Source: a virus (lineage: Duplodnaviria > Caudoviricetes). Taken from it: DNA of 57,060 nucleotides. Numbering within the stretch: the stretch's first letter is position 1; the number at the start of each line of letters is the position of its first letter. The position numbers were made by a program, and so were the translations under genes. The notes under the pieces were generated by a model that was not told the DNA's origin, made no database searches, and saw nothing but the letters and a program-made list of their open reading frames with translations. Shown here piece by piece: positions 1 to 8,670 of this stretch. The stretch is from the IMG/VR virus record IMGVR_UViG_3300019093_000011, positions 1-57,060 of that record. One strand, written 5' to 3'.

Positions 1-357
1 CAAAGAACGTGGGCAATTCATCTTCAAAATTGAACTGTGGCCATTCAAATGAAATAGTAGATCCACAAATTCTTGTTGTTCCAGTAGGTCCCATAGTGGT
101 TCAGTCTCCATTAAAGTAGTAAGGTGTAGTTCATCTCTAATGTCCTTATAAACACTGAGATTTAAAAAATCAATTTTAAAATATCCTCTATTTTCTGCTG
201 TTTTGTAATCTATACTAGTAATATTCGTTACTGGGTCATGTGGAATATGTTGTGCGTATATACCTGTATTATGATGAGTATGATCTCGTCTTGCTCGTAT
301 ATGACTAATAATATTTAATATTTTTTCTCGATTTGCAAAGTCTATGTCAATGTCCAT
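1..357 (-). CDS. dnaE: DNA polymerase III alpha (C-family)-like catalytic fragment, partial (runs off window start)
   Basis: Not in the ORF track. Manual translation from ATG 357: MDIDIDFANREKILNIISHIRARRDHTHHNTGIY...RGYFKIDFLNLSVY. This matches the DnaE motifs PDxDxDF, HxxG and KxDxLxL. The start overlaps the upstream stop (TAATG). Confidence 0.7.
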   Translation of the reverse strand, partial: MDIDIDFANREKILNIISHIRARRDHTHHNTGIYAQHIPHDPVTNITSIDYKTAENRGYFKIDFLNLSVYKDIRDELHLTTLMETEPLWDLLEQQEFVDLLFHLNGHSSILKMNCPRSL

Positions 358-521
358 TAATGCGCTACCTCGCTATTGAAGAAAATTAATCTAGCATGTT
401 TATGTAAGAATTCACAATATTTTTCTGCGTCTTCTAGTGTGTCAAAACCTTTTAATGCAACATGAATGGACTTTTCCTCTTCATCAATTTCAAAACTTAT
501 TTCTAATTTAGTATATGTCAT
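357..521 (-). CDS. Small hypothetical protein (54 aa)
   Basis: Manual translation MTYTKLEISFEIDEEEKSIHVALKGFDTLEDAEKYCEFLHKHARLIFFNSEVAH*. It fills the gap exactly, with ATGA and TAATG overlaps at its ends. Confidence 0.7.
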   Translation of the reverse strand: MTYTKLEISFEIDEEEKSIHVALKGFDTLEDAEKYCEFLHKHARLIFFNSEVAH

Positions 522-1198
522 AGATTACTTTCTTTGGCAATTTGTCTAGCAAAATCCACATCATCTGGCAAGGATTTAAATTTCTTAATCCAAAATTCTG
601 GATCAATAGTCGAGCCAATTGATACTAATTGTTCATCATTTAATGTACTTAATAATTTTTTTCCAGTATCGCTATTCAATAAAATCCAAGGACTGATCTT
701 GCCATCTCTAATATCAAAAGTTGCTCTATTTGTTGACACATAAAGAAAATAATGATTCCAAACACTGTCATGTGTATTTGCCCAATCAGTCATGTGCATG
801 ACTGATCTTTGTAGAGCAACTTCAACTGGTTCGTTTTTAACTAAGTTTAAAACGTATTCTTCATACAAACTTTCTCTACACCAATGATCTAGTTTTACTC
901 CGCTAGTGACCACGTAGTCAATATATTTTTCTGGATATAGGGGATTTACATTGCTTATAAAACTGCCAAACTTAACAAAGGCATTATAATAAGGACTCTG
1001 TGCGAATTCCTCATAGGTTTTTGTTTTATCGTTTTTTTGAGTGAGTTTATAAAATCTATCGTAAGTTTGATAGGCCATTTGAACATGTTTTTCATTTTTG
1101 GCTAAGTGTCTACGTTTTTGTTCGCACATATGTACAAACAAAGTTTTTTCTTTGGTAAACTTTGCTTTACAATGTTCGCAACTATATGATTCTGTCAT
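518..1198 (-). CDS. Phage protein with N-terminal zinc finger (C2HC-like)
   Basis: 226 aa; CEHC-x12-H-x-C at the N-terminus; coupled to neighbours within the replication block. Confidence 0.75.
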   Translation of the reverse strand: MTESYSCEHCKAKFTKEKTLFVHMCEQKRRHLAKNEKHVQMAYQTYDRFYKLTQKNDKTKTYEEFAQSPYYNAFVKFGSFISNVNPLYPEKYIDYVVTSGVKLDHWCRESLYEEYVLNLVKNEPVEVALQRSVMHMTDWANTHDSVWNHYFLYVSTNRATFDIRDGKISPWILLNSDTGKKLLSTLNDEQLVSIGSTIDPEFWIKKFKSLPDDVDFARQIAKESNL

Positions 1199-1662
1199 GA
1201 AAAATAATGTTTAATTTCTTCATCGCTCCATCCAAAGCTGATGGCTAGATCTTTTAAATCTTTAGCGGAGTTAATTTTAGCCAAGGTTTCAATGTCGCTG
1301 GATTTTAGTTCAGGGTAGATTTTTTCTAAAAATTTTGTTTTTTTGTTGTTGCCAGTTTTCTTTTTGTGACCAATCCATTCATGAAAATAGTTTTGTTTAG
1401 TTTCATAACCACACATACAAAGCAATTGCCAAAGTAATTTAGGATGTTTACCCAATGAATAAAAATGTTTATTAAAATATTCATTTGTGGCCAACACGTA
1501 GTGTTCTTGTATGTCTCTTTTGGGATTTTTTACAGAACTAACGTATCGATTCAAAAGGAAGAATTTTACCTCTTTTCTTTGTTCATCATCGAGGAGATCC
1601 CATATATCTCTGCCACCTTGATCAATGGCAGACAGGATTTCACTTAGTGTTATTTTGCTCAT
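1195..1662 (-). CDS. Probable clamp-loader small subunit (T4 gp62-like)
   Basis: 155 aa; FLLNRYVSS and F.EWI...K segments, size and replication-gene context resemble gp62-family proteins. Confidence 0.5.
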   Translation of the reverse strand: MSKITLSEILSAIDQGGRDIWDLLDDEQRKEVKFFLLNRYVSSVKNPKRDIQEHYVLATNEYFNKHFYSLGKHPKLLWQLLCMCGYETKQNYFHEWIGHKKKTGNNKKTKFLEKIYPELKSSDIETLAKINSAKDLKDLAISFGWSDEEIKHYFS

Positions 1663-1900
1663 AATTGTTGCTTAGTTTGTGTATTAGTATAGCACGATCA
1701 AGGGCCTTTTGTAAAGTAGGATTGGTTTTCGCTGCTGCTCTAATCTCCTGCCAAAGTACAGTTTGTTCAGCTTCCACAAGCAAATCACGTGCTCGTTCAC
1801 TCATGGAGTGCAATGTTTTTTTAGTGGAGCCAAATGGTCTACTGTAAACAGTTTCACCTCCATCAGGGCTTTCGTAAACTATCCTATCTTGATTCATCAT
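1640..1900 (-). CDS. Hypothetical protein
   Basis: 86 aa, overlaps both neighbours on the same strand; IVYESPDGGETVYSR motif. Confidence 0.7.
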   Translation of the reverse strand: MMNQDRIVYESPDGGETVYSRPFGSTKKTLHSMSERARDLLVEAEQTVLWQEIRAAAKTNPTLQKALDRAILIHKLSNNYEQNNTK

Positions 1901-2403
1901 AATATTTTACTAATATCTATGAGTTCACTTTGACGGCTAACTTCTTTGATGAAAAACACGCATTCTGGCTTTTCTTCATAATCCAATGGAGTAACCAATA
2001 AATGATTGTTACGCATTTTAGGAAAGTACCATTTGACATCATTATAAAAATTCACAATTTCAATTGGTCTATAGTCGATTTTAAAGCTACTTAGTGGATT
2101 AAACACTATGGCGTCAAAACCACGGTCATTCAAGCTGGTCAATGGTAAGATTTCTGCATCCACGTTACTGGTACTGTCCCCCACAGCAATGCTCCAATCT
2201 ATTGGCATAGAAATTTCTTTGTCGCCAATTTTTAGTACAATTGCTGGACTATTAAAACTTTCTAAAAAGATTAATGGTACAAAAAAGAAATCTGGATTTT
2301 TTGGATCGCTGTTGTCTAATATGGAAAACCGAGTATTTTCGTCTACTTCTTCTGGTAAATTATTCAATGAGAATAATTTATTTTCTAATGTCAATATCTG
2401 CAT
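1897..2403 (-). CDS. Hypothetical phage protein
   Basis: 168 aa, starts 2 bp after the helicase stop; no recognised motif. Confidence 0.75.
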   Translation of the reverse strand: MQILTLENKLFSLNNLPEEVDENTRFSILDNSDPKNPDFFFVPLIFLESFNSPAIVLKIGDKEISMPIDWSIAVGDSTSNVDAEILPLTSLNDRGFDAIVFNPLSSFKIDYRPIEIVNFYNDVKWYFPKMRNNHLLVTPLDYEEKPECVFFIKEVSRQSELIDISKIL

Positions 2404-2405
2404 GG

Positions 2406-3875
2406 TTATTTTTGCCAGTCTATCTTTTCTAAAGAGAAAGGATAATGTGCGTCCTTATAAAATTTTTTTCGTTCTGTGAGATGACGTTTAGCGAATTTAC
2501 ATGTGCTAGTAATATCCCAAATTTTCACAAAGTCTTTGTCTTCGGCTCTTCTAATTCCTCGTCCAATGCTTTGAATAACTCTGACAAAACTTTTTCCTGG
2601 TTCCAAAAGGACCAAATTAAAAATCCTGGGGATATTAATGCCAACGGCAGCAACGCCATAAGTGGCCACGATAATTTTATTGTCGCTAGTTTTGATTTCG
2701 TCATATTCTTCTTTCCTATCTTTGGTCTTTACTTCGCCTGAAATAAACACACTGCCTTCAATTTCATTTACTATGAATTTGCCTGAATCTATTCTGTTTA
2801 CTAGTACTAAAGTATTGCCTGAGTCTGCTATTTGTTTAATTAATTTACTTACAAACTTCATCCTGTCCTCATCTGTGACAAGATACTTTAATTCTTCTGC
2901 ATATGTTCTAAATTCTGGCACATCCAATAATTGTGAAATAGTTACGTGACAATTACTAAGCACACCTTTTTCCTGTAATGCATGAGCTGAAATACCACCT
3001 ACAACTGGCCCAATTGATGCAAAAATAACTTCACTTTCATGTTTAGCTTTGGGCACAGTGCCAGTTAATCCCCAACGTATGCAAGCATTATTTAAGTTAC
3101 GTGTGAGTAAATTCTTTAGTACATCAGCTTTGGCCATATGTACTTCATCAACAATTACTGCCCTAACTCCGTCTAAAAATTCAGCCAAAGTTAATTGATC
3201 CTCCACTGCACCTTTACTTTTTTTATCTAGTATATTGAGACTTTGCCAAGTACAAATTGTATGAGTTTTGTTTAAATCTTTGCGATCACCATAGTATACG
3301 CCAACGTCCAAGCCCACGTTGATATAATCTTCTTCTGTTTGTTCAACTAGACTTTTATTGGGCACAATAGTAATTGTTCTGCCATATTGTTCACATAATT
3401 GACTCAATGTGGCAGTAGTAATAGTTTTGCCAGCACCTGTGGCAATTTCCTGTAAGCTATGTGGATTCTTTAAAAATGTGTTAATGGCGTCAACTTGATA
3501 ATCACGTAGCATGATAGGTTGTCCAGCCATTTGATGACCTTCTGGCCATACTTTTCCTTGATCATGCCAATATGTTTCTGTTACTGGTGCAAAGTCAATG
3601 TTTACGGCTGTTCTATTATCATTGACGTCAGTGACTTCAATTTTCATCTCTTCTAGTAGTTCTAGAATCTTTTCTATTTGATATAAGTAGCCACTGCCGC
3701 CAATACTAAACATGCTGATTGCGCCATCCCACCGTCCTAATTTATAGCTGGGACGATGTCTTGCGGTGGGATCTTGAAATTTAAAAGTATTAGCCAACTT
3801 TCTTCGTGCCTCAATGGGAAGCCCTTCAAGTTTTATGTTAACTTCGTCTTTGATTATTAATTTACATGATGACAT
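2406..3875 (-). CDS. uvsW: SF2 DNA helicase, UvsW-like
   Basis: LRDYQ Q-motif, ATGAGKT Walker A, DEVH, GLTGT, QSIGRGIR motif VI; T4 UvsW-like N-terminus (WDGAISMF). Confidence 0.9.
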   Translation of the reverse strand: MSSCKLIIKDEVNIKLEGLPIEARRKLANTFKFQDPTARHRPSYKLGRWDGAISMFSIGGSGYLYQIEKILELLEEMKIEVTDVNDNRTAVNIDFAPVTETYWHDQGKVWPEGHQMAGQPIMLRDYQVDAINTFLKNPHSLQEIATGAGKTITTATLSQLCEQYGRTITIVPNKSLVEQTEEDYINVGLDVGVYYGDRKDLNKTHTICTWQSLNILDKKSKGAVEDQLTLAEFLDGVRAVIVDEVHMAKADVLKNLLTRNLNNACIRWGLTGTVPKAKHESEVIFASIGPVVGGISAHALQEKGVLSNCHVTISQLLDVPEFRTYAEELKYLVTDEDRMKFVSKLIKQIADSGNTLVLVNRIDSGKFIVNEIEGSVFISGEVKTKDRKEEYDEIKTSDNKIIVATYGVAAVGINIPRIFNLVLLEPGKSFVRVIQSIGRGIRRAEDKDFVKIWDITSTCKFAKRHLTERKKFYKDAHYPFSLEKIDWQK

Positions 3876-5028
3876 CAGTTTTTACGCTTATTGGAGTAAT
3901 TGTTGTATAGTATACAACAAGATCGCAGGAATTGCAATAGAGCACGCTGCGATTATTTCTAAAACTATTTGTGAATGTTATTACGGTATCTGGATACCAT
4001 TCATTATTAACCATAAATTTAGGGATTTTTCCATTTGCAGTACCCACAATTTTGGTATCTATGTTTAATTTTTTATTATATGAATTTTCAGAAATTATTT
4101 TATTAAATTCTTTACCATCATTTTTATTGTCAAATCTAAAATAAATTCCCACATTATTTTCATTTAATTCATCTAGAGAATTTTTGATGATTTTTAGCTG
4201 TTGTGTGCAATTTGTAGGTTTATACTCGTCAAAAATGAACAAAATTTTGTCTCTTTTTAGTACAGCCAAACTTTTTAAAATATCAACTAAAGTAACTTGT
4301 TCGGGATCTAAATAGACAGTGACCTTTTTTCTATTAGCAATTTTATAAGCCAATGTTTCTTCAATATTTTTGTCAAAATTTGGTGAAAATTCGTATTGAT
4401 AGCGAATTTTTCGATCTAAAATTAATAAGTCATTTTGTAGTATATCTTCTTTGATTTTTTCTTGATTAATATTTTTAAAATCAAATTTTGATTGAGTTAG
4501 TTCAACATCAATATTTTTTATTTTTTCCACTAGTTCTAAAAAATCCTCAGAAAATTCAAAATTTAGTGGGTTCAATGCTTCATAAATGGTGATTAAGTTT
4601 TTTTCCTCTAGTGCAAAAAAGACATGTTTTCCTTCATTATGTTTTTTATCAATCTGAGCAATTTTTTCTAAATCTTTTAAAATTTTTACAATGTCTCGAT
4701 CATAGGTAAAGCTAACATTTATTAAAAATTCCTTATTTGGGGCTTGAGTAATACTCACTTGCCTAATCTTATTTAGAATTTTGAAATCTTTCTTCCAAGT
4801 AAGATTATCTAGGACGCCAAGTAAACTCGAGTCCACAAAGTTCAAACATTCCGTATTTGTTTTTAGAATTTTTACTACTAAGTTGGCCTGTGATTGGGTA
4901 ATATAATCATCGGTATCCAATAATTTGGATATACTTTTTAGTATACGGTAATCTTTTGGTGGTATAGCGGGAGTTAAATTATCAGAGTCGCAATCTGCCA
5001 ATTTGAAAACAATATCATCTATATGCAT
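3862..5028 (-). CDS. Hypothetical protein
   Basis: 388-aa ORF coupled to uvsW; preceded by a TATAATTA box. Confidence 0.75.
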   Translation of the reverse strand: MHIDDIVFKLADCDSDNLTPAIPPKDYRILKSISKLLDTDDYITQSQANLVVKILKTNTECLNFVDSSLLGVLDNLTWKKDFKILNKIRQVSITQAPNKEFLINVSFTYDRDIVKILKDLEKIAQIDKKHNEGKHVFFALEEKNLITIYEALNPLNFEFSEDFLELVEKIKNIDVELTQSKFDFKNINQEKIKEDILQNDLLILDRKIRYQYEFSPNFDKNIEETLAYKIANRKKVTVYLDPEQVTLVDILKSLAVLKRDKILFIFDEYKPTNCTQQLKIIKNSLDELNENNVGIYFRFDNKNDGKEFNKIISENSYNKKLNIDTKIVGTANGKIPKFMVNNEWYPDTVITFTNSFRNNRSVLYCNSCDLVVYYTTITPISVKTDVIM

Positions 5029-5033
5029 GTGGT

Positions 5034-5041
5034 TAATTATA
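5034..5041 (-). promoter_or_regulatory. Putative late promoter (TATAATTA variant), 5 nt before ATG 5028
   Basis: Minus strand reads TATAATTA-ACCAC-ATG; no Shine-Dalgarno. Confidence 0.5.
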
Positions 5042-5043
5042 TA

Positions 5044-5904
5044 TTAGCAAATAGTCGTTGTCAAGTTAGTATTGTCCAACAAACGTGCTAATGGTATGCC
5101 ATCTGCGATTTCTTCCACAGTCCACTCGGTATGAGTAATTTTTTCGAACCATTCAGTCCTATTAGGTAAGTAGGGCTGATTTATTTGATCAATGGTTGTT
5201 GCCACATCATGGGCCAAGCTGGAAATATCAGTAACTATTGGTGTTCCATTGATAGCTGCTTGTATGCCAACACCACTGTTATAATTAATGATAGTAGAAT
5301 ACTCAAAATTTAGGTCATACTTGTCATAAGTGCCCTCAATTTTTTTAGGCATGCTCATGAATATGTTTTTTCCTGTAAAATTACCAATATAAAATCGTGG
5401 ATGGGTTCGAACAATGATATCTCGGCCAGTATGCTCTCTTATCTTTTCTATTTGTGTTAAAACCCAATCATGCACAGTCAAAGGTGTTGTCCATTGAAGG
5501 CTATTTTCGTGCTGTGCTGCGATTAGTATTGGTGCTTGCGGGTCAATTTTTCGAGTAACCAGCTCGATACCTAATTTTTTGCCTCTGTTTGGATCTAAAT
5601 TTTCCTTATTGGCATAATTACCATATTTTGTAATATTGTTTAGGGCAACTTTCCAAGTTCTTCCACGATCCAATGCACCAACTTCCAATATAAAAACAGG
5701 TTTTCCTTGTTTTCTATAATGTTCGTAGACTAAGTGATTTTTTTGCATTCTTCCCTGCCATAGTACGCTCCATATTAGAGCAGCATCTGAGTCCATGCTG
5801 TTTTCTACGGCACTAATTTTAAATTTTTTGCAGCTATCCAAAAAACTTTGCCAAATTGGTTGAGATTTTTGAGCTGTTTGGTCTGGAAAATAGGATATAT
5901 ACAT
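5044..5904 (-). CDS. GT-B-like glycosyltransferase (capsule-synthesis KpsS/KpsC-like)
   Basis: IIVRTHP and INYNSGVGIQAAINGTPIV motifs typical of the capsule polysaccharide synthesis family. Confidence 0.6.
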   Translation of the reverse strand: MYISYFPDQTAQKSQPIWQSFLDSCKKFKISAVENSMDSDAALIWSVLWQGRMQKNHLVYEHYRKQGKPVFILEVGALDRGRTWKVALNNITKYGNYANKENLDPNRGKKLGIELVTRKIDPQAPILIAAQHENSLQWTTPLTVHDWVLTQIEKIREHTGRDIIVRTHPRFYIGNFTGKNIFMSMPKKIEGTYDKYDLNFEYSTIINYNSGVGIQAAINGTPIVTDISSLAHDVATTIDQINQPYLPNRTEWFEKITHTEWTVEEIADGIPLARLLDNTNLTTTIC

Positions 5905-5911
5905 ATATTAT

Positions 5912-5919
5912 TATTTAAT
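5912..5919 (-). promoter_or_regulatory. Putative late promoter (ATTAAATA), 7 nt before ATG 5904
   Basis: Lies in the 16-bp divergent intergenic gap; TAAATA core. Confidence 0.4.
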
Positions 5920-5920
5920 C

Positions 5921-6717
5921 TTGAAACTGCCACCTTTATTAGGGGAATTCCCCCAAACTGACGTTTGTTTTTATGTAGCTGCTGATGAAACGTATTTTAA
6001 TCAGCATGCCAAACCGTTGATTCACAGTATTAGACAGTATTTTTCATATCCCATACACTTTCATTTATATAATCCCAGTGATGCGTCAAAAAAATGGTGC
6101 GAAGTCAATGATATTGATTATAGTTATGAAGTAGTTGATGTAAAAATTGTTGATCCAGCATTTAAAATTTACCGTAACATGCCTACTGATATAGAATTGC
6201 AGCGTCGGCGTAGTAAAATGATCAAGCCTGGTGAAAATGTTGAAAAAATTCGTAATGAGTTGATGAAAACTTATTATGCCTGTACTAGATTTGTAAGATT
6301 AAGTGAATTATTGGTTAACCCTACTTACGTTATTATGTTAGACACTGATAGTTTAGTTAGAAATAGATTTGACTTATTAAGTAAGGATTCTGACATTCAT
6401 ATCTATGAAAAAAATCATCGAAGCCATGTAAATTATACGCAACATTGGCCAGTACTATATTTTATACTGGTACGCAGGGTAGTTATGACTTAATGCAAGA
6501 TCATGCTCGACTAATTAGAGAGGAATATGCCAAAGACACACTATATTGGTTTTTAGATCAAGAAACATTAGACATAGCCATACAAAAATATTCTAAACAG
6601 CCATTAGCGTTAAGTTTTGTAGATTTTGAAATGAAAGACGCCAGTAACATATGGTGCGCCAAAGGTCCTAGAAAGAATCTGTCTATCTGGCTCGAAGAAG
6701 TTAAAAATTACCTATAA
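5921..6717 (+). CDS. GT-A (GT8/nucleotide-diphospho-sugar transferase-like) glycosyltransferase, interrupted by a 1-nt frameshift near 6445
   Basis: ORFs 5921-6493 and 6445-6717 join as ...TQH-LASTIFYTG... if one T is added to CATTGGCC. The first half has MLDTDSLV (DxD) and the second has WFLDQETL. Confidence 0.65.
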
Positions 6718-6720
6718 ATA
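6713..6720 (+). promoter_or_regulatory. T4-type late promoter TATAAATA
   Basis: Exact consensus overlapping the GT stop codon, 24 nt upstream of ATG 6745. Confidence 0.6.
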
Positions 6721-6744
6721 TATGTAATTGTTTTTGGATAGATT

Positions 6745-7368
6745 ATGAATATTATTAATGAACGTACTGAACCTGCTATTATAGATTTTGAAATTCCATC
6801 TTTATCAAAAATTGATTTTGATAAGTTATATAGTTACCCCCCAATAGAGCAGAAGTATAATACATTGTACGTGAATCCTGGAAGGTATGATTTACCATAT
6901 CATACTCCAGAACATATTGAGTTATGCCACTTTCTTGAAAGAGACTTATATGATATTTTTAAAAAACTTATGGAAATGGATCAATTTCGTTGGCCAATTT
7001 TAGATACAGGGTTTCAAAATTTTGATTGTTTTTATAGAACAAAAGTTAAAAAAGACCAAGGACTATATCTATCAGTAATGATATACAAGCCTGGCTTTTC
7101 TATGCCGTGGCATTTAGATAATAGATTTGCTGTACTTAACGGAATTATTAATGTCAATGACCATGAAACACAGACATGTTTTTCTACAACAGGCCAAGGA
7201 TGGAATCAGGATACTCAATGTCCTTTAAATGAACACATGATTATTCATCGTGGCACAAAAAAGAAATTTCAAGGAACTGCTTGGACAAACAATGAATTAG
7301 CTTGGCATTGTGTTCCCAAAGTACCTATAGAAAGAAAAGTAATATTATTTGGTGTTAACCTTAGGTAG
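6745..7368 (+). CDS. 2OG-Fe(II) oxygenase superfamily protein
   Basis: WHLD (HxD), distal WH, and a downstream R (ERK) in a beta-rich C-terminal half. Confidence 0.75.
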   Translation: MNIINERTEPAIIDFEIPSLSKIDFDKLYSYPPIEQKYNTLYVNPGRYDLPYHTPEHIELCHFLERDLYDIFKKLMEMDQFRWPILDTGFQNFDCFYRTKVKKDQGLYLSVMIYKPGFSMPWHLDNRFAVLNGIINVNDHETQTCFSTTGQGWNQDTQCPLNEHMIIHRGTKKKFQGTAWTNNELAWHCVPKVPIERKVILFGVNLR

Positions 7369-8044
7369 GACGTAAGTATATAATACACATATCACACCCT
7401 TGAATAATTTCCCCGTCTGGCCGTGTAATAGTTGACGGGCATTCTAACGAAAAAGTTAAATTATTAGCAATACAAAAATCTAATGTCGTTTTTTTAATTC
7501 CCATATATACACAGTCATCAACCAAAATTATTCCTGATTTTTTCATATTAGCATGTGCATATGACAAATCAGCTAACAATGAATCAGTTGAATGGTCGCC
7601 GTCTATTATAATAAGATCAACATTAGCTACATCCATGGTATGCCAATTTCCCTCAAATAGAGCAAGATTGGTACAATTATTTTTATATATCTGTTGTATT
7701 TTTACAAGGGAATTAGCTTGAATGTTAACAGCTGGATACCAATCCTGTATCATTTTTAAATGTTTGTCATGATCAAGTTTTGTGAAATACACTTCAAAAT
7801 CATTTATATCGGCTGTAACAATTGATTTATCGGGAAAAATTTTAGCCAGTTTATACGCTGTACCACCAGCAAAGGTACCGATCTCAAGTATATTATTTAA
7901 ATTATATTTGTTTATAGTATTAATAATAAATTCTAATTTAACCCCTCCTATTAAAGATAAGGGGTTATTTATGAATATTTCTTCTATAAAAAAGTTATCT
8001 AACTGATTATCAAATTCATACATATTAAATCCATTCTGTGCCAT
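7361..8044 (-). CDS. Class I SAM-dependent methyltransferase (Methyltransf_24-like); start may be ATG 8023
   Basis: ILEIGTFAGGT, IIDGDHS and GIILVDD motifs. Confidence 0.85.
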   Translation of the reverse strand: MAQNGFNMYEFDNQLDNFFIEEIFINNPLSLIGGVKLEFIINTINKYNLNNILEIGTFAGGTAYKLAKIFPDKSIVTADINDFEVYFTKLDHDKHLKMIQDWYPAVNIQANSLVKIQQIYKNNCTNLALFEGNWHTMDVANVDLIIIDGDHSTDSLLADLSYAHANMKKSGIILVDDCVYMGIKKTTLDFCIANNLTFSLECPSTITRPDGEIIQGCDMCIIYLRPT

Positions 8045-8657
8045 CTTTATTAAAGCTTTTTCCGCTATCTGTTTTTTTCAAAGTTGATATCACTTTATGA
8101 ATTTGTTCTGAATCCTTTACATAATCTTCTAATGGAAACCATGATGGGTTTAATGCAAAAAATATACCTCGATGATTTTGACTAAACCCGCGCATTATGT
8201 ATAAGTTCGTTGCTTTGTGGCTAGCATAGCCAGCATGTTTAAAATATTCAGGATTATTGCCGACTATTAAACCGGTCATCATCCATCCTATTTTAGTATC
8301 ATCAGTGATAGACTGAGATAAATGTTTAATCAAAAAATATGGAAGTTGACAATCGATCCACATGTTACGATTCCATGAATCAATTGAATATTCATTACCG
8401 GGGATAAACCAATATTCGCCAACGCTACCACCTGCATTTTGATTGAAAAAAATCAAATCATAAGTTACTGAGTTGTCAATTAAAGTTTGTAATTGCTCTA
8501 GATTTGATTCATGCCAGTTAATCTTTATTACGTTAACGTTAGGATATTCAAAATTAGAACCTGTAACAAGGTCAACTTGGTATCCTATGTCAGATAAATG
8601 TTTAGTAAATGATGCTCCCCATTTGGATCCGCATCCTAATAATAGTGCTTTTTTCAT
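8025..8657 (-). CDS. Short-chain dehydrogenase/reductase-like Rossmann protein
   Basis: N-terminal LLGCGSKWG glycine loop, FFNQNAG, catalytic YASHK (YxxxK). Confidence 0.75.
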   Translation of the reverse strand: MKKALLLGCGSKWGASFTKHLSDIGYQVDLVTGSNFEYPNVNVIKINWHESNLEQLQTLIDNSVTYDLIFFNQNAGGSVGEYWFIPGNEYSIDSWNRNMWIDCQLPYFLIKHLSQSITDDTKIGWMMTGLIVGNNPEYFKHAGYASHKATNLYIMRGFSQNHRGIFFALNPSWFPLEDYVKDSEQIHKVISTLKKTDSGKSFNKDGTEWI

Positions 8658-8662
8658 AAGTA

Positions 8663-8670
8663 TATTTATA
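8663..8670 (-). promoter_or_regulatory. T4-type late promoter TATAAATA, 5 nt before ATG 8657
   Basis: Exact consensus; minus strand reads TATAAATA-TACTT-ATG. Confidence 0.6.

Noticed and set aside
5869-5896. Possible sigma70 promoter TTGAGC-N16-TAGGAT for the plus-strand GT
   Set aside because: Weak match with suboptimal spacing, expected by chance in AT-rich DNA.
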